Positions 13,227-25,140 of a stretch of 64,000 nucleotides of DNA are shown one piece after another. The stretch's first letter is position 1; each line of letters opens with the position of its first letter. Origin of the DNA: Daphnia carinata (taxonomy: Eukaryota); the NCBI RefSeq assembly GCF_022539665.2, contig NC_081334.1, forward strand, positions 496,001-560,000, in the 5' to 3' direction. Under the pieces are notes generated by a model. The model was not told the DNA's origin and made no database searches. It was given only the letters and a program-made list of their open reading frames with translations. The position numbers and the translations under genes are program-made.

Positions 13227-14202
13227 GACCTCGTGTCACGGAACGGTTTCCAGTCAAAATAAATCAATACCGAGAGAGAGAGAGAGAGAGGGAGAGTGAG
13301 AACGAGGGAGAGAGAGAGAGAGAGAGAGAAAGTGAAACGGAGAGGTTTACTGCTGAAGCTAGGACCACAAAACTGCTAGGATAATATGACGCCAAAGCCA
13401 TTGGGCACGCACTCATTATTCTCCAATTCAATAAACACCCTCATCCGGAGGATACAATCAACAAAAATGACACGCTCAATCAGCTTCGCCTCACGTTTTT
13501 TTTTTTTTTTTTTTGTTTCTTTTTTTCTCTTCTCTTTTCAATTCCCCCCCCCCCCCGTTATAATTAATTGGCGCTGTTTTTATTTCTTATTAATTGAACT
13601 GCGTTATCAAACAATAAAGGAAGAAGGAAAAAAAAAAAAAAAATGAAAAGAAATGTCTCACGATTCGCTAACGCGTTGCCTCGCCTTGCCCTCCATTTTT
13701 GTGCGTGGGTTTTTCATTTTCGGGTGGGGTGGAATCACGTGACTCATCGCTAAAGTTTTCTCTCGCTTCGAGTCTCTCTTTCTCCTAGCGACGCTTTTCC
13801 TCTTCCTCCAACTATCCTATTCCCCTACCCCTCCTTGAACGCAAGAGTATCGACCGGCGCTTCCTCCGCCAGCGCCCCACTCTGCACACACACACACACA
13901 CAGACGAGAGACTCGCAACGGGCACTGACAAATCAACGCCCAAGAGTTTTTCCAAACTTTTTTTTTTTTGTGCGATCCCATCAACAAAAAAAAAAAAAAA
14001 AAAAAAAAAAGGAAATCTGCCAAAATCAACAAACAAAGAACGATGATTGCAAAAATAAAAAATAAATAAATAAAACCGATAGGCAAATTCGATTTAACTC
14101 ATCGACTCCTCCCTCGCCCAGGGAGGAGGGAGAAAAAAAAAAAACGTTCCATCATCTAAAACTTACCATTCCGGCACCGGATGAGCTGTTTTCGGTAACC
14201 AT
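1191..14202 (-). CDS. Ank2: Ankyrin-2 / unc-44-type ankyrin, long isoform, 3'-partial (ANK-repeat membrane-binding domain, linker, ZU5-A, ZU5-B; continues left beyond the window)
   Basis: Hand-spliced minus-strand exons with consistent phases: 14202-14167, 12632-12531, 11062-10930, 10556-10237, 10092-9964, 9847-9353, 9223-9026, 8900-8604, 8472-8332, 8186-7932, 7765-7264, 7109-7010, 4998-4774, 4689-4529, 4423-4212, 1395-1191. Tandem G-TPLH-AA ankyrin repeats, [25 protein letters not shown] linker, ZU5 [21 protein letters not shown] and [23 protein letters not shown]. The last exon ends ...LLCSITG|gtgag and no UPA-domain exon was found in 1-1190. Confidence 0.95.
2488..2517. repeat. (TTG)n trinucleotide microsatellite
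   Basis: About ten TTG units with one interruption. Confidence 0.85.
4113..4423 (-). CDS. Ank2: Extended terminal exon of the short Ank2 isoform (reads through the 4211 donor: ...[39 protein letters not shown])
   Basis: The frame stays open for 32 codons past CAG|GTAAAT to TAG at 4115-4113. From memory, the tail closely matches the Drosophila Ank2 short-isoform end (...[17 protein letters not shown]). The exon sum gives about 1134 aa. Confidence 0.85.
5548..5581. repeat. (AAAT)n tetranucleotide microsatellite
   Basis: About eight AAAT units. Confidence 0.9.
5628..5645 (-). CDS. Ank2: 18-nt Ank2 microexon (G|GLKWK T) between the linker and ZU5-A
   Basis: cttctctaacag|GGGACTTAAATGGAAAAC|gtaagt. 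Phase 2-2, matching the flanking exons, with a perfect donor. Confidence 0.8.
13272..13329. repeat. Interrupted (GA)n microsatellite / GAGA-rich tract
   Basis: Two GA runs separated by a short purine-rich spacer. Confidence 0.9.
13351..13416 (-). CDS. Candidate alternative first coding exon of Ank2 ([22 protein letters not shown])
   Basis: ataATG followed by 22 open codons and a phase-0 donor GCA|gtaaac (weaker donor). Confidence 0.3.
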
Positions 14203-16054
14203 CCTTTTTTTTTTTCCGCAAAAATTACACACACACACACACACACTCACATACACGGCACGTTAACAAACAAAAACTCAATCAAAAGAAAAAAATTTTC
14301 TTTTCGTTCTTAAATGACGCTGCGCGAATCGAATCAAGTGAGAGCCAAAAAAAACAAAACAAAAAAAGAAATAAAAGAAATGGATGTCTTTCTTTTTGTT
14401 TAGACAGACATTGTTAGCATTGTAAACCGCCCACGCACTGCACTGGCCAACGCACTGCGCGAAATACAAATCACGATGAGTTTTCTTTTTTGTTTTTGTT
14501 TTTTAAATTTGGCCTTTCTAAAAAAAAAAACAAACGACTTGAGAGATATAGAGGGGACGACGCTGGAACATGAACCGTTCGTCAGTGTTCCCTGTGTACG
14601 TGTGTGTCGAACATCAAGTTGGAACAGCGCAATGACAATCCCCTCTTTTTTCTTCGTCTTCCCCAATAGTCCCTCACTCAATGCTCCTCTTTCTTTTTCT
14701 TTTTTTCTTTTTTTTTTTTTTCCCTTCGTATTTGGGTGGAGGATGGAACACACGGCGCCGGCGCTGCAATGCGCTAAGCCCAGCCCCGGCGCGCACACAC
14801 ACATCTCTACACCATTGAGCGCATACGTCATTATTAAAAGGCAACGCTGGACGAGGCGCTTTAAAGCTTCCCCCCTTCTATCCTACCCCTCCACCTCCTC
14901 CTTTTCCCTCCTCCCGACTCACGAAAGCCTACCGCCACCCAACGCCCTTGTGTGCAGTGCGAGTGAAGGATCAGGTCGATCGATAATCAAGTGCCATTTT
15001 CGGCTGGCAGAGAAGGCACAAAATGGAGGAAACAAAAAAAATAAATAAATAAATAAAAAAAAAAATGGAATAGGATAAATAATTCCGGGTGCTATTCAGA
15101 CATCTTCGCTCTTGCGGATGTCTTTAAAACTAAACAACGTTAATATCGATTAGGGTGTTGGATCTTCTTCTGCCTCGGCGGATTCGATTCGATTCCAGCT
15201 GAGGCGAGAGGGGGGGGGGGGACGGGTGGGAGTGCTGGTGGTGGACCCAATTGATTCCGGATGAAAAGAGATTTTTCAATTCGCTTTCTTATTCGACTCT
15301 GTTGCGATGGCAATGGTCTTTGCATTCCCGCTTTTGTTGGCGGTCCCTATCGGAGCGGAATGCAGCGGTGGTCGAAATCGGAATTAGCTGGGTCGATAAA
15401 TCGATTTGCCCATTTTTTTTTTTTTTTTTATTTCATTTTTTTTTTTTTTTTAAATCGCGGCCCACTTGCCTTTCACGCATTCTATGAAGATTTCCGACAG
15501 GTGCTGGCAGACCGTACGTGAAACATGATAAATATTTGATGCGTTACACACACACACACACATAAATGTGCACTATAGTATTATATGAACCGGCTTTTCG
15601 TGTTGCATCGACGACAGCCCCACCTTCGACTCTATCCTCCTTCCTACACCAGGGGGGGGAGGGTGCCATATTAAAAAGACATACGACACACACACACACT
15701 CCGACACGTTGATGGACATGAAGGAGAGAGTGAGAGAGAGAGAGAGAGAGAAAAAGAATGTAAACAACCATGCAACCCATAGAAGCATCCCATACAAGCA
15801 AGCAAACAAAACAAATGACGCACGTTTAGGCGCAACTTTCGTTTCATTCAATCGAAAATTCAAATTCCCCAGCCAGCCTTTAACAATTTCTTCGCTTCCA
15901 TTTTTACACACATTCCTCGACGTTTTCAGGCAAACAAAAAAAAATCTAACGTCAGAGGGGAGAAGGGGGGGGGGGGGGGGGGAAGGAAAAAAGAATGCAT
16001 GTAAAATGATGTACAGTACACGCCATACGACCAATCATCAGGCACAAGGGGGTA

Positions 16055-16058
<4 letters not shown>

Positions 16059-16098
<40 letters not shown>
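16059..16098. repeat. (GT)~20 microsatellite
   Basis: Uninterrupted TG dinucleotide run. Confidence 0.95.
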
Positions 16099-16101
<3 letters not shown>

Positions 16102-16896
16102 GTGAGCGCTATGCGCTCGCGCGGGGCATATGGCGACGGATGGGGAAACGTGAGGAGGACAGCAGAGGAAGAGGACGGGCGCGCGCGCGCGCGTAACTGG
16201 GGCGGATGGATCTAATTTTAGAAAAAAATAAATCTACTCGCTTGTCCCTCTCTGTCTCAGCTCTGCCGAAAATGAAAAAAAAAAAAAAAAAAAAAAAAGG
16301 CTCCTCATTCAGTTACGGCGAAGAGAATAAATTCTTTAAAAACAAAAGAATGGAATAGAATAAAACGGGAAAAGTACGGCACTTATTTTTAATCTGTACT
16401 GCATTCTACGTTGTACTGTCTGCAACGTTGAGTTATGGGTTGAACAGAAGGGCGACGGGTGAGCGGACGGATCTGCATTTAATCTCATCCGGACAAACAA
16501 AAAAAAAAAAAAAAGAAAAGAGAAAAACCAACTCAACCAAAAAAAAAATGCTTTACTTTTTCTTTCGACTCCTAATCCAAAATATTTTGAAAAAAAAAAA
16601 AAAACAAAAAAAAAAACAAAACAAATCGATGGTATTTTCGTTTCTCTCCAATAGCATCCGGTTTACACACGAGGATTTGACCTAATAATCATTGCCATCC
16701 GGCGATTTCGTTTCATCCGGTAATCAATGAATTGCACATCCCGAGTGCTTTTTGAGCGCCAGCGACCCCCCCCCCTCTCCCCGTTCTCTCTCAAATAAAA
16801 AAGAAATGCCTAACCTTTTTTTTTTTTTTTTTTTATGATTATGCACAAGCGCAGTCAGGTAGTGTGGGAATTATTTCGAATTTCAAAAAAACTTAC

Positions 16897-16932
16897 CCCC
16901 AAACTAGAGATGGATGCAAATTTCTTGAACAT
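16897..16932 (-). CDS. Candidate alternative first coding exon of Ank2 (MFKKFASISSLG)
   Basis: accATG followed by 12 codons and a perfect phase-0 donor GGG|GTAAGT. Confidence 0.45.
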
Positions 16933-19900
16933 GGTCGTAAAAACTTTGATTCATGTCATCCAATAAAACCAGAAAAACCGCAACACACTCAATCACGCAC
17001 AGTAGACTCACGCAGTTCACGAGGGGGAGAAAGAACCTCGCACACTTTTTTTTTTTTTCCACACTTTCCACTCGAAATAAAAGAAACAATTCTTTCTTTT
17101 TTTTTTTTAAAGAAACAGAGAGACCATCTCTCGCTCTCCTAGACCTTTTTCTTTCTTTCTTTTTTTCTTTGTTGAAAACAAAACAAAACGAAAAAAAAAA
17201 AAAATATATCCAAGTACTGCCGCAAGATTATTTCGATTTCACACCATTGATTGCAACAACACGTCCATGATAGTTCCGCTCGGGCGGACAGCGATCGAGC
17301 ATCTGTGAGATCACGCTGAGGAAAAAGAGCAGTTCCGGCGAGAGAAGGAACGTCCCCAAAGAGGAACGATGGTCTGTCTGCGTGTGACGGTAAAGAACGG
17401 GCCAGATGGAACAACAGCATCATCGGCCGGTGTGTACGTGTGTTCCAGCCGGTTCGCCGGGTTTTATATTTAGACCATCCTCGGTGTGTGTCTGCTAGAG
17501 GGCGACACCGTGAGCCGCTAGACGCGCTGCCACCACACTGTACCACGTATTGCGAGTGCCCGTCTTTTTTTGGCAAGTTTTCGTGACTCTCATTCCAGTG
17601 CACAACTGTCTGCTGCACGCACTGTCCCGACTGCCAAAAAAAATAGAATAAAATAAAAAGGGAGACGCAAAAAAAAAAAAAAAAAAAAAATTCCCATTCG
17701 AATCGACGGCCAACAACTGGACTCCCATCCTTTACAGAACACCTGGAACAAATCGTGTGTTGGCTCTGAAACATCCCACTTGTCCTATTGTATGACCGTT
17801 ACATAGGCAGGCCCTTTGACAGACGTAATATAACGAAGGAAAAAAAAGGGGGGGGGGAAAGAAAATGAAAAAAAAAGGGAATACCAAATCATGATGGATA
17901 GCTGACGGATGGCCTCCGCCCAAGCGACTCATCAACAACAAACAAAACAAAACAAAAAAAAAAAAAATGACGCAATCCTAGTCGGATGTGAATCGCGACA
18001 ATGACTACATGCCGGGATTCCAGTCCTACCCATTTTATAGAACGTCCGTCATCGGCAATAGATTAGTTTTTGTTTTGGATTTTCTCTTTTTTGGGTTTTT
18101 TTTTTTTTTTTTTTTGTACGGGTGTAAAACGGAGAAAAAAAAAAAAAAAAAAAACGGCACTTAGATGATTGAGTTACTAAGCAAACGTGTCGACGTCGAA
18201 AATTATACGTGCGAATTTGAATTTTTTTTCCAGTACGAAACGGGGAAAGAAAAGAAAAATAAAAATAAAGAGAAGGGAAATGGCATTTTGGAAGAAGAAA
18301 AAAAGCTATAAGACTTTCCCATCACGTTTGAATTGGATTAGACGTCTGGGACAGTTCAATCCAATTTGGGACTCAAGTATAGTCGAGTGTCTGATCCCAA
18401 GTTGTTTTTTTTTTTTCTTCTTGTACGAGAGGATCCCATATTTTTTTTTCTTTTCTTTTTGTTTTCATTTTTTTTTTTTCTTCGTTCTGAAAAGAGGATG
18501 ATATTGCCTTTTTTTCTAATACTTATTCTCGTACAAATACGTAGGCGTGTACGGAGACTCACATCACATGCGCTATTCGCATTTTCTACTTGACCAGCGA
18601 GAGGCGACGCAACCGAGAACGCAACGCCATCTGTGAGCGTGATTTGGAACCTACAACCGAAAACAGCCTAAACCCGTTTTTCCTTATTCTCCCTGTCGTT
18701 ATGCAGCTGGAGAAGCTTCTACTTAAAAACACTTAACTAACTAGACAGGCCAGCTTAAAAAAAAAAAAAATAAAATAAAATAAAATAAAACGAAAAAATT
18801 TAAATAAAAAAAAAAAAGACAAAACAAGCAGGTTACGGTACGGTAATGCAAACGGAATGGGCAGAAAGCTGTGATCCATGCAGTCCCACCGGGCGGGATA
18901 CACAAATACCTGCTGCTTCCAACAGCTAATTCTTGCGGCACTCACCTGTAAAAACAAAAAAACAAAAAAAAAGAGAAACATAAGTCATCAATCATTCTCA
19001 GTCTTTTCTAAGAGATTGGCCATATCCTCCCTTTAAATACCAATAGTTGGGTGGGGAAGGGGAGACGAGGACGAGCACGAGCAGCAAACACGCAAGACGC
19101 TACTGCAACAACAAACACTTCGAGGTCGAGCAAAAAATAAAAAAGTTTAACACGACAGGGGGTTCGTTGTTTAAGTCAGGACACCCACCCCCCTCCCGTC
19201 CTCTCCATGTCCCATCCCGCTCTTCTTGCCTCTACCTATCAACGCCAAACAGCAGCCGAGAAATGTTCGAACCGTACATCTTTCAAACTACTGCTGCCCC
19301 ACGGTCCCCCCCCTTCCGGTTTGCCAGCCAACAGTTTGTGACGTCATCCGGAATAACAACAACAATGTAACCTATTCAACCAGCTAGCCGTAGTGTCTGT
19401 TTTGAAAGAAAAATAAAATAAAATAAAATAAAAACAAAATGTGATGATATTCCTGTTGACGACCTTTTGAACTTTGCCTCCATTCCCGCTTTTTACGAGA
19501 TGTCTACCGGATTGCAAGTGGAAGCGGAGAGCAAAAACGCCGTTTCTGTTACCATCGCATTGTTCGATAATGACGCCAAAACAAAAATTCCTTCGACTTT
19601 CCCTGGCGGAGGCAAAAGGCATTCCAGTTGTACATCCCCCGCTTCCACATGTCGATGCATACCCGAATTGATGAGGGGAAACAAAATCAAAACAAAAAAC
19701 TCGCAAAGAAAAAAAGAAAGAAAGAAAAGAAAGAAAGAAAAGAAAAGAAAGAAAGAAAAATTTGAACGGAAAAAAGTCGCAAGTGCGGGACCCTTTCAAT
19801 CAGCTCTCGTTGTAACGCCAAACGAGAGGGCGAAGGAAACGCTACCGTCGACCGGAATACACGAAAAAGCAAAAAAAAAAATAAAAAATAAAAAAAAATA

Positions 19901-20359
19901 AAATAAAAACAAGAAACAAGAAACAAAATATGTGGTTCATATTAATAGAGTCGTGCCAGACAGTCTCTTTCCTTTTTAACGTCGTTCCGTCATCCTCCGT
20001 TTAGGCGATAACGACGGATAACCTCTACAGCACAAAGTTCGCTGAGGATTTTCGAGTATGGACGGGCGCCATCATCTACCGTATGTTGCATTACGTAGCC
20101 CACCCTACGTCAGACCCAATCTCCCCGTAAGTAAGTTTTTTTTGTTTTTTGTTTTTTTGTTTTTAAATTCCCCCCCCCCCCCCCTTTTTTTTTTTTTAGA
20201 AAAAAAAAAAAAATTTGATTTATCAAAGGCCACAGAATTTGCGGAGGGGAACAGGCCGAGCTCAACACAGTGCCCACTCGTCTTTGGTCTAAAAATAAGA
20301 GATGAAGAAGAAAGAAAAAAAAAAAAAAAAAAAAAAAACTGGAAAACTTGTAGGCTAGT

Positions 20360-20392
<33 letters not shown>

Positions 20393-21158
20393 AATAAAAA
20401 TTACAATTTCTGGCAACGCTTCCAGTTCGACAATTTCAAGAGAAACGACAAGCGCACAACAAGTTATTCACGACCCTTAGAAAAGAAAATAGAAAACTCA
20501 CGCGGGTATTCTCGGGAGCGGCTTTGGCTGATGACCGACCCATCTCTCTTTTGTGGCCGAGGGTACGGGATGAGATTACACACTTGTCATATAATAATAT
20601 CGGTAGAACCCAAAGAAAGGATAATATTACCGATATCCTTTTTTTTTTTTTTTTTTTTAAATAATTTTTTTTTTTTTTTTACAAAATCCAAAAAAAAAAA
20701 GAATTCGATGAAACAAAACACTACGAGAGATCAAATGTTCTTTTTTGACGTTTTCGTTTGTTTTTTTTTGCCGCGTAATTCGAATCCCTCCCTTCTTTTT
20801 TCGCACACACTACTCGCTACTACGATGGCTCAACGTCTACTGAGACGTCGGGCACGAGGGACGCTACACGCGAAGTGTCGGTGGAAGGGGCGGATGCACC
20901 GAAGCATCTTCAGACACTGCAGAGAGAGAGAGAGAGAGAAAGAGGAGAGTGAAATGAAAAAAAAAATAAATAAATAAGAGGTACACGGTGGGCCAAAGAG
21001 GCTTTTTTTTTTAAAGAATAAAAGCGGCGAACGAGAGTTGGACAGCGCAAAAATACCAGCCGCCCGCCGACCGTACTGCACACACGTCCGAGTTGCACCA
21101 CCACCACCACACACAAGCCAGGAGGAAACTCTTTCCTCCTACAGATTTATAAATAATA

Positions 21159-21161
<3 letters not shown>

Positions 21162-21196
<35 letters not shown>
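21162..21196. repeat. (CA)n microsatellite
   Basis: CA dinucleotide run. Confidence 0.9.
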
Positions 21197-21197
<1 letters not shown>

Positions 21198-23959
21198 GAA
21201 CGAAATTGGGGTCGACTGATGACCGTCGTGGCGCTCGACAAGAAAAGAAAGAAAGAAAAACTTTTGCGCTGTTCATCAATGGCAAAGGCATAAATTAAAT
21301 AGTCTGTGTGCGGTTCATCAGGACATCCTAAATTTAGAGATAACTTTTAACCCCCCCCCCTCTTTTTTTTTTTCCCCTACGCGCAAAACAACAGCTGTGT
21401 TTGCAAGATTACGAATGCAACGACCTCACAATTCGCCATTTTTTTTTTTTTTCATTAATCACAACGGGAAAATGAGAGTTTGAAAAAAAAAAAATGATAC
21501 CAAGAAAGAAAAGAACGATGGTGGAGGGATCACGTGGTTTAACGACGCGAAAAGGGAAGCCACCCAGTCATTTGAAAACATGTCGTAAATAGCGCCATTC
21601 GAGTTGTCATCACAAGGATGAGCGCGGACCTAGCGTTCCATTGAACCTTGCATGTTCGAATTCCCCGATCAATCGGAGCTTTGTTTTTTGTTTTCGATAA
21701 CAATTCAAACGAGCCGTTCACGAACTATTAAGCAAATGGAATGAACGTGACCGTTTCAAGGTAGGAGCGCTGTTTGTCCAGTCACGAATCAGACGATTCG
21801 GTCCATTTGGGTTGCGCCCAGTTTGCCAACAAATTCTATTTTGAGCTTTTTTCGCTGCACTCTTCTTAATGCTGTTCCTAAAATTTTGTCTTTCTTTTTT
21901 TTTTGTTTTTTTTTTGTTTGCGCTTTTTCGCTTTCAAAATTGGCGCTCACTCAGCCATCTAGCGGTGGCAATCTTAAATAGAAGGACATCCTATAAACTG
22001 GAGGGGAGAAGATGTTTAACAATCGTTTTTCCCTATGGCCAGAAGGGCCTTGTTTTTTTTGTTTTTTTTCTCTTTTGAAAGAAAAACAAAATAATAATAG
22101 TTAAGTGGAACAAGTCCTTCGTGACGTGTCGATGAACCCACTCCCCTCTTCAACCGTTTAGAACTTAGAAAAATATGTTATTGTCTGCTGTTCGAAGGCA
22201 ACAATCTTTTAACTGATGACTTTAAAGGAATCATTGTGCCTTTTTTTTTTTTTTCTTTCCTCCCTTTGCTTTTCTAGAGTGAAAACGAAAAAAAAAAAAA
22301 AAAAAAAAATACAAGAAAAAAAGTTCATAAAGGTTAGACGGGAGATGCAGCCAGTTTACCACACACGCGAACCGAAACGAAGGTCAAGTTTAATGACATG
22401 TCACGAGGCATCTTGATTCGCTCGAAGACAGTGTAAAAAGGCGCGACCCTTCGTGAGTGACCCGAACAGTCACCAAACAGCAGAAGAAGGAAATGAATCG
22501 TTAAAAGCCTTTCGAACTTCTCTTGATGGGCTGAGCAGAAGCATCCCCTCCTCCTCCCACAAAAAAAAAAAAACAAACACCAAAAAAAAAAAAAAAAAAA
22601 AAAATAGCAAAACAACAAATAAAAAAAAAAAAAAAAAAAAACAGCCTTATGGATACACGTCACGCTTTTTTTTTTCTTTCGTGGTAGTCACAAGGCATAC
22701 ATAATAAGAATGATTCGACCCATAAACGGGATGCCACTGAACGACAGACCGGCATAAGCTTCTCAAATTTCTCCCCGCATTTCAAATTCTGGAATAAAGT
22801 CTTAGAAGATCGGGCTGTCACACCCAAGAACCAAAAACAAGAGGGGGACAAACAAAATGGTGGTGATTGGGCGGGGGAGAAACCATTTCATTTGAAAGGA
22901 ATAAATAAATAAAACAAGCGAACTTGAGAGATTTCCCTAGACAGCTTTTAGTACGTTCCCTCTGAGCAGGAAATGCAGGGCCCTTTTTTTTTTTATTTTA
23001 TTGTATCCGAAAACAATAGGCGAATCTTCTTCTTCATTGCCGTCAGGGCTTCGTAATCAAATGGGAAGATGTTCCGCCTTTTCACACGATACAGCCTATC
23101 GTTGACTAATACGAATGGATAGGGTGGGTAAATATCACGTTGGGGGTGGAGTCATAACCAAGACACCGGAAAGAGATCGCAAGGCGCCTCGGCAATTACA
23201 ATGTAGAGGGAAAGACGGTGGTCAGTCGTTCCGCAGTGTTTTGTGTGTGTGCGTCTCTCTGGTAACCCCCCCCCCCTCCCCCATACATATCTGTATGCAC
23301 GCAATTGTCACGCTTCCTTTCCTTTTTTACTACTTACTGAACCTCTTTCTTGCAAACCAGAATTTCTACTACGAATGCATGTCTCCACTCGGCAACAACA
23401 AATAAAAGAAACAACGAATAAAAAGGAAAAAGGGGGAAAAAAAAAAAGGGGGATGGCCGGAAGGCGGGCGGAAATGAACGCACACTGTTGGCTGCGAACA
23501 GGTGAAGACCACCTGAGTTAAAAGGGGAAAACATGAAAGCGCGGGATTCACGTCTGAAAGTGAACCGCAAAACAATTCAAACGATGTTCTTTTTTTCTTT
23601 TTTTTGAAAAAAATTCCAACAAAATTTGTGTTTTTTTTTTAAAGATGTTTCCAAATAAAAAAAAAACTAAGAAAAAGATGGGATTTCATAATAAAAAAAA
23701 AATTGTTTTGTTATTTTTCAGAGTCCCGTGCATTCATTCTTCTTCTTAACTTACATAATGTTTTCACATCGGTGAATTCGTGATTAGGTTACAAGTTGCC
23801 GGGGCTACGGCCACTGGCTCAGTTTCCAACACATGCGCATAATTTCTCGCTGTTGCCGGACACTCGGGGTGAATAGCAACGTGACGTCACGTTCCCACCC
23901 AACACAAACACACAGGTAAAGAATAATAATGAAACGTTTTGAGAGTGTATGTTGCATAC

Positions 23960-24100
23960 CTTTGTAACTTTGATGCTGGGGATGATGGAGGGCACTTGCA
24001 GAGTTGGCGAAGGCTCTTGGCTGCCATTGCCGTTAGTCGTTGCTGCTGATTTGATGGCCACCGGTCGGCCACCATCCACTTGTTCACTATCATTAGCCAT
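23960..24100 (-). CDS. Ank2: Distal alternative first coding exon of Ank2 (MANDSEQVDGGRPVAIK...PSIKVTK)
   Basis: ATG at 24100, 47 open codons, ends AAG|gtatgc in phase 0, compatible with the phase-0 common exon at 12632. Confidence 0.7.
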
Positions 24101-24905
24101 CGAGCCGGCGAAAATATTAGCCACGTCCTATATTATTCTTGTTCATAGGCAAAAATGTTTCTCGCTGATGTTTTGCAACGTTGTTGTGGTGAGGAGAAGA
24201 AGAAGAAAAAAAAACCGGAGGGCGCCAGAGGGCGATGATCACATTCCCCTTTTTTTTTTCAGTTTCTTCTTCCTCGTGTCCTGTGCCGTGAGCTGGAATT
24301 CGCTTAGAACACAACAAGGTGGGTCTCTTGTGTTTTGCTGGTATTCTTCTTTAAGATTTTTTTTTCTTTTTCTTTCACCGTTTCGTCAGAACACAAACCC
24401 CAAGGTTTTTGTTTTCCCTACCGTAGCAATAGACACACACACATACACACACACACACACACACACTGGGGGAAAAAAACGAATGATGAGAGGATGACGT
24501 CGTGTTTGGAATGCTGAATTTTTTATATTATACCGGGGCCACACCGTTCACTTTCGAAAATCGACGAGGAAAAAAAAAAAAAAAAAAAGGAGAGATCCAA
24601 TAGTTGGAGAAAGGTGCACAGGCAAACAAGGGGAACACAGATGTTGCACAGACACTTTTTGACGTCAACAACTATACGACGGCCATTTTTTTTTTTTTTT
24701 TATTGAGCCCAGTGACGCACGAGAACCGAGATTTATGACTAAAGATGATTGAAATTAACCCCGAATTCTCGTAGCCAACTCTGAAAAAAAAAAATTTCCT
24801 CTCCTGTGGTATGTCAATGCTCCGGCACAAACGAGAGTGGCGCGCGTTCTGACCTAGGGGCTGCTGATGGACTCGGCTTTTAAGGCCATGTCTCGTTTCA
24901 AGTCA

Positions 24906-25140
24906 ACTGCCATCTAGCGGTTGCAAATACAACAGTAAAAAAACCACCTGTTGGATCTGCTCAACCGGAATTTCCGCGTCGTGTCCACCACATATTAAAG
25001 CTCCCAACATTTTTTTTTATCGGCTTATAAATTGCCAAGCTTCAATACCTTTATTATTTACACTTGATCGGATTTCCTTAGGCCATACAACGTCTTGTTC
25101 CAATTTCAGTCCTTATACGAAGGCTGGCATCTAGCGGCAG
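24906..25140 (-). promoter_or_regulatory. Pair of CTCF-like motifs between the Ret 3' end and the Ank2 distal promoter
   Basis: Minus strand CCGCTAGATGGCAG (core 24920-24909) and CCGCTAGATGCCAG (core 25137-25126) resemble the CTCF core CC(A/G)(C/G)(C/T)AG(A/G)(G/T)GGC. Confidence 0.5.

Noticed and set aside
24..24517. Dozens of poly-Lys / poly-Phe ORFs in the ORF track
   Set aside because: Translations of A/T homopolymers and microsatellites in introns or UTRs; no coding signal.
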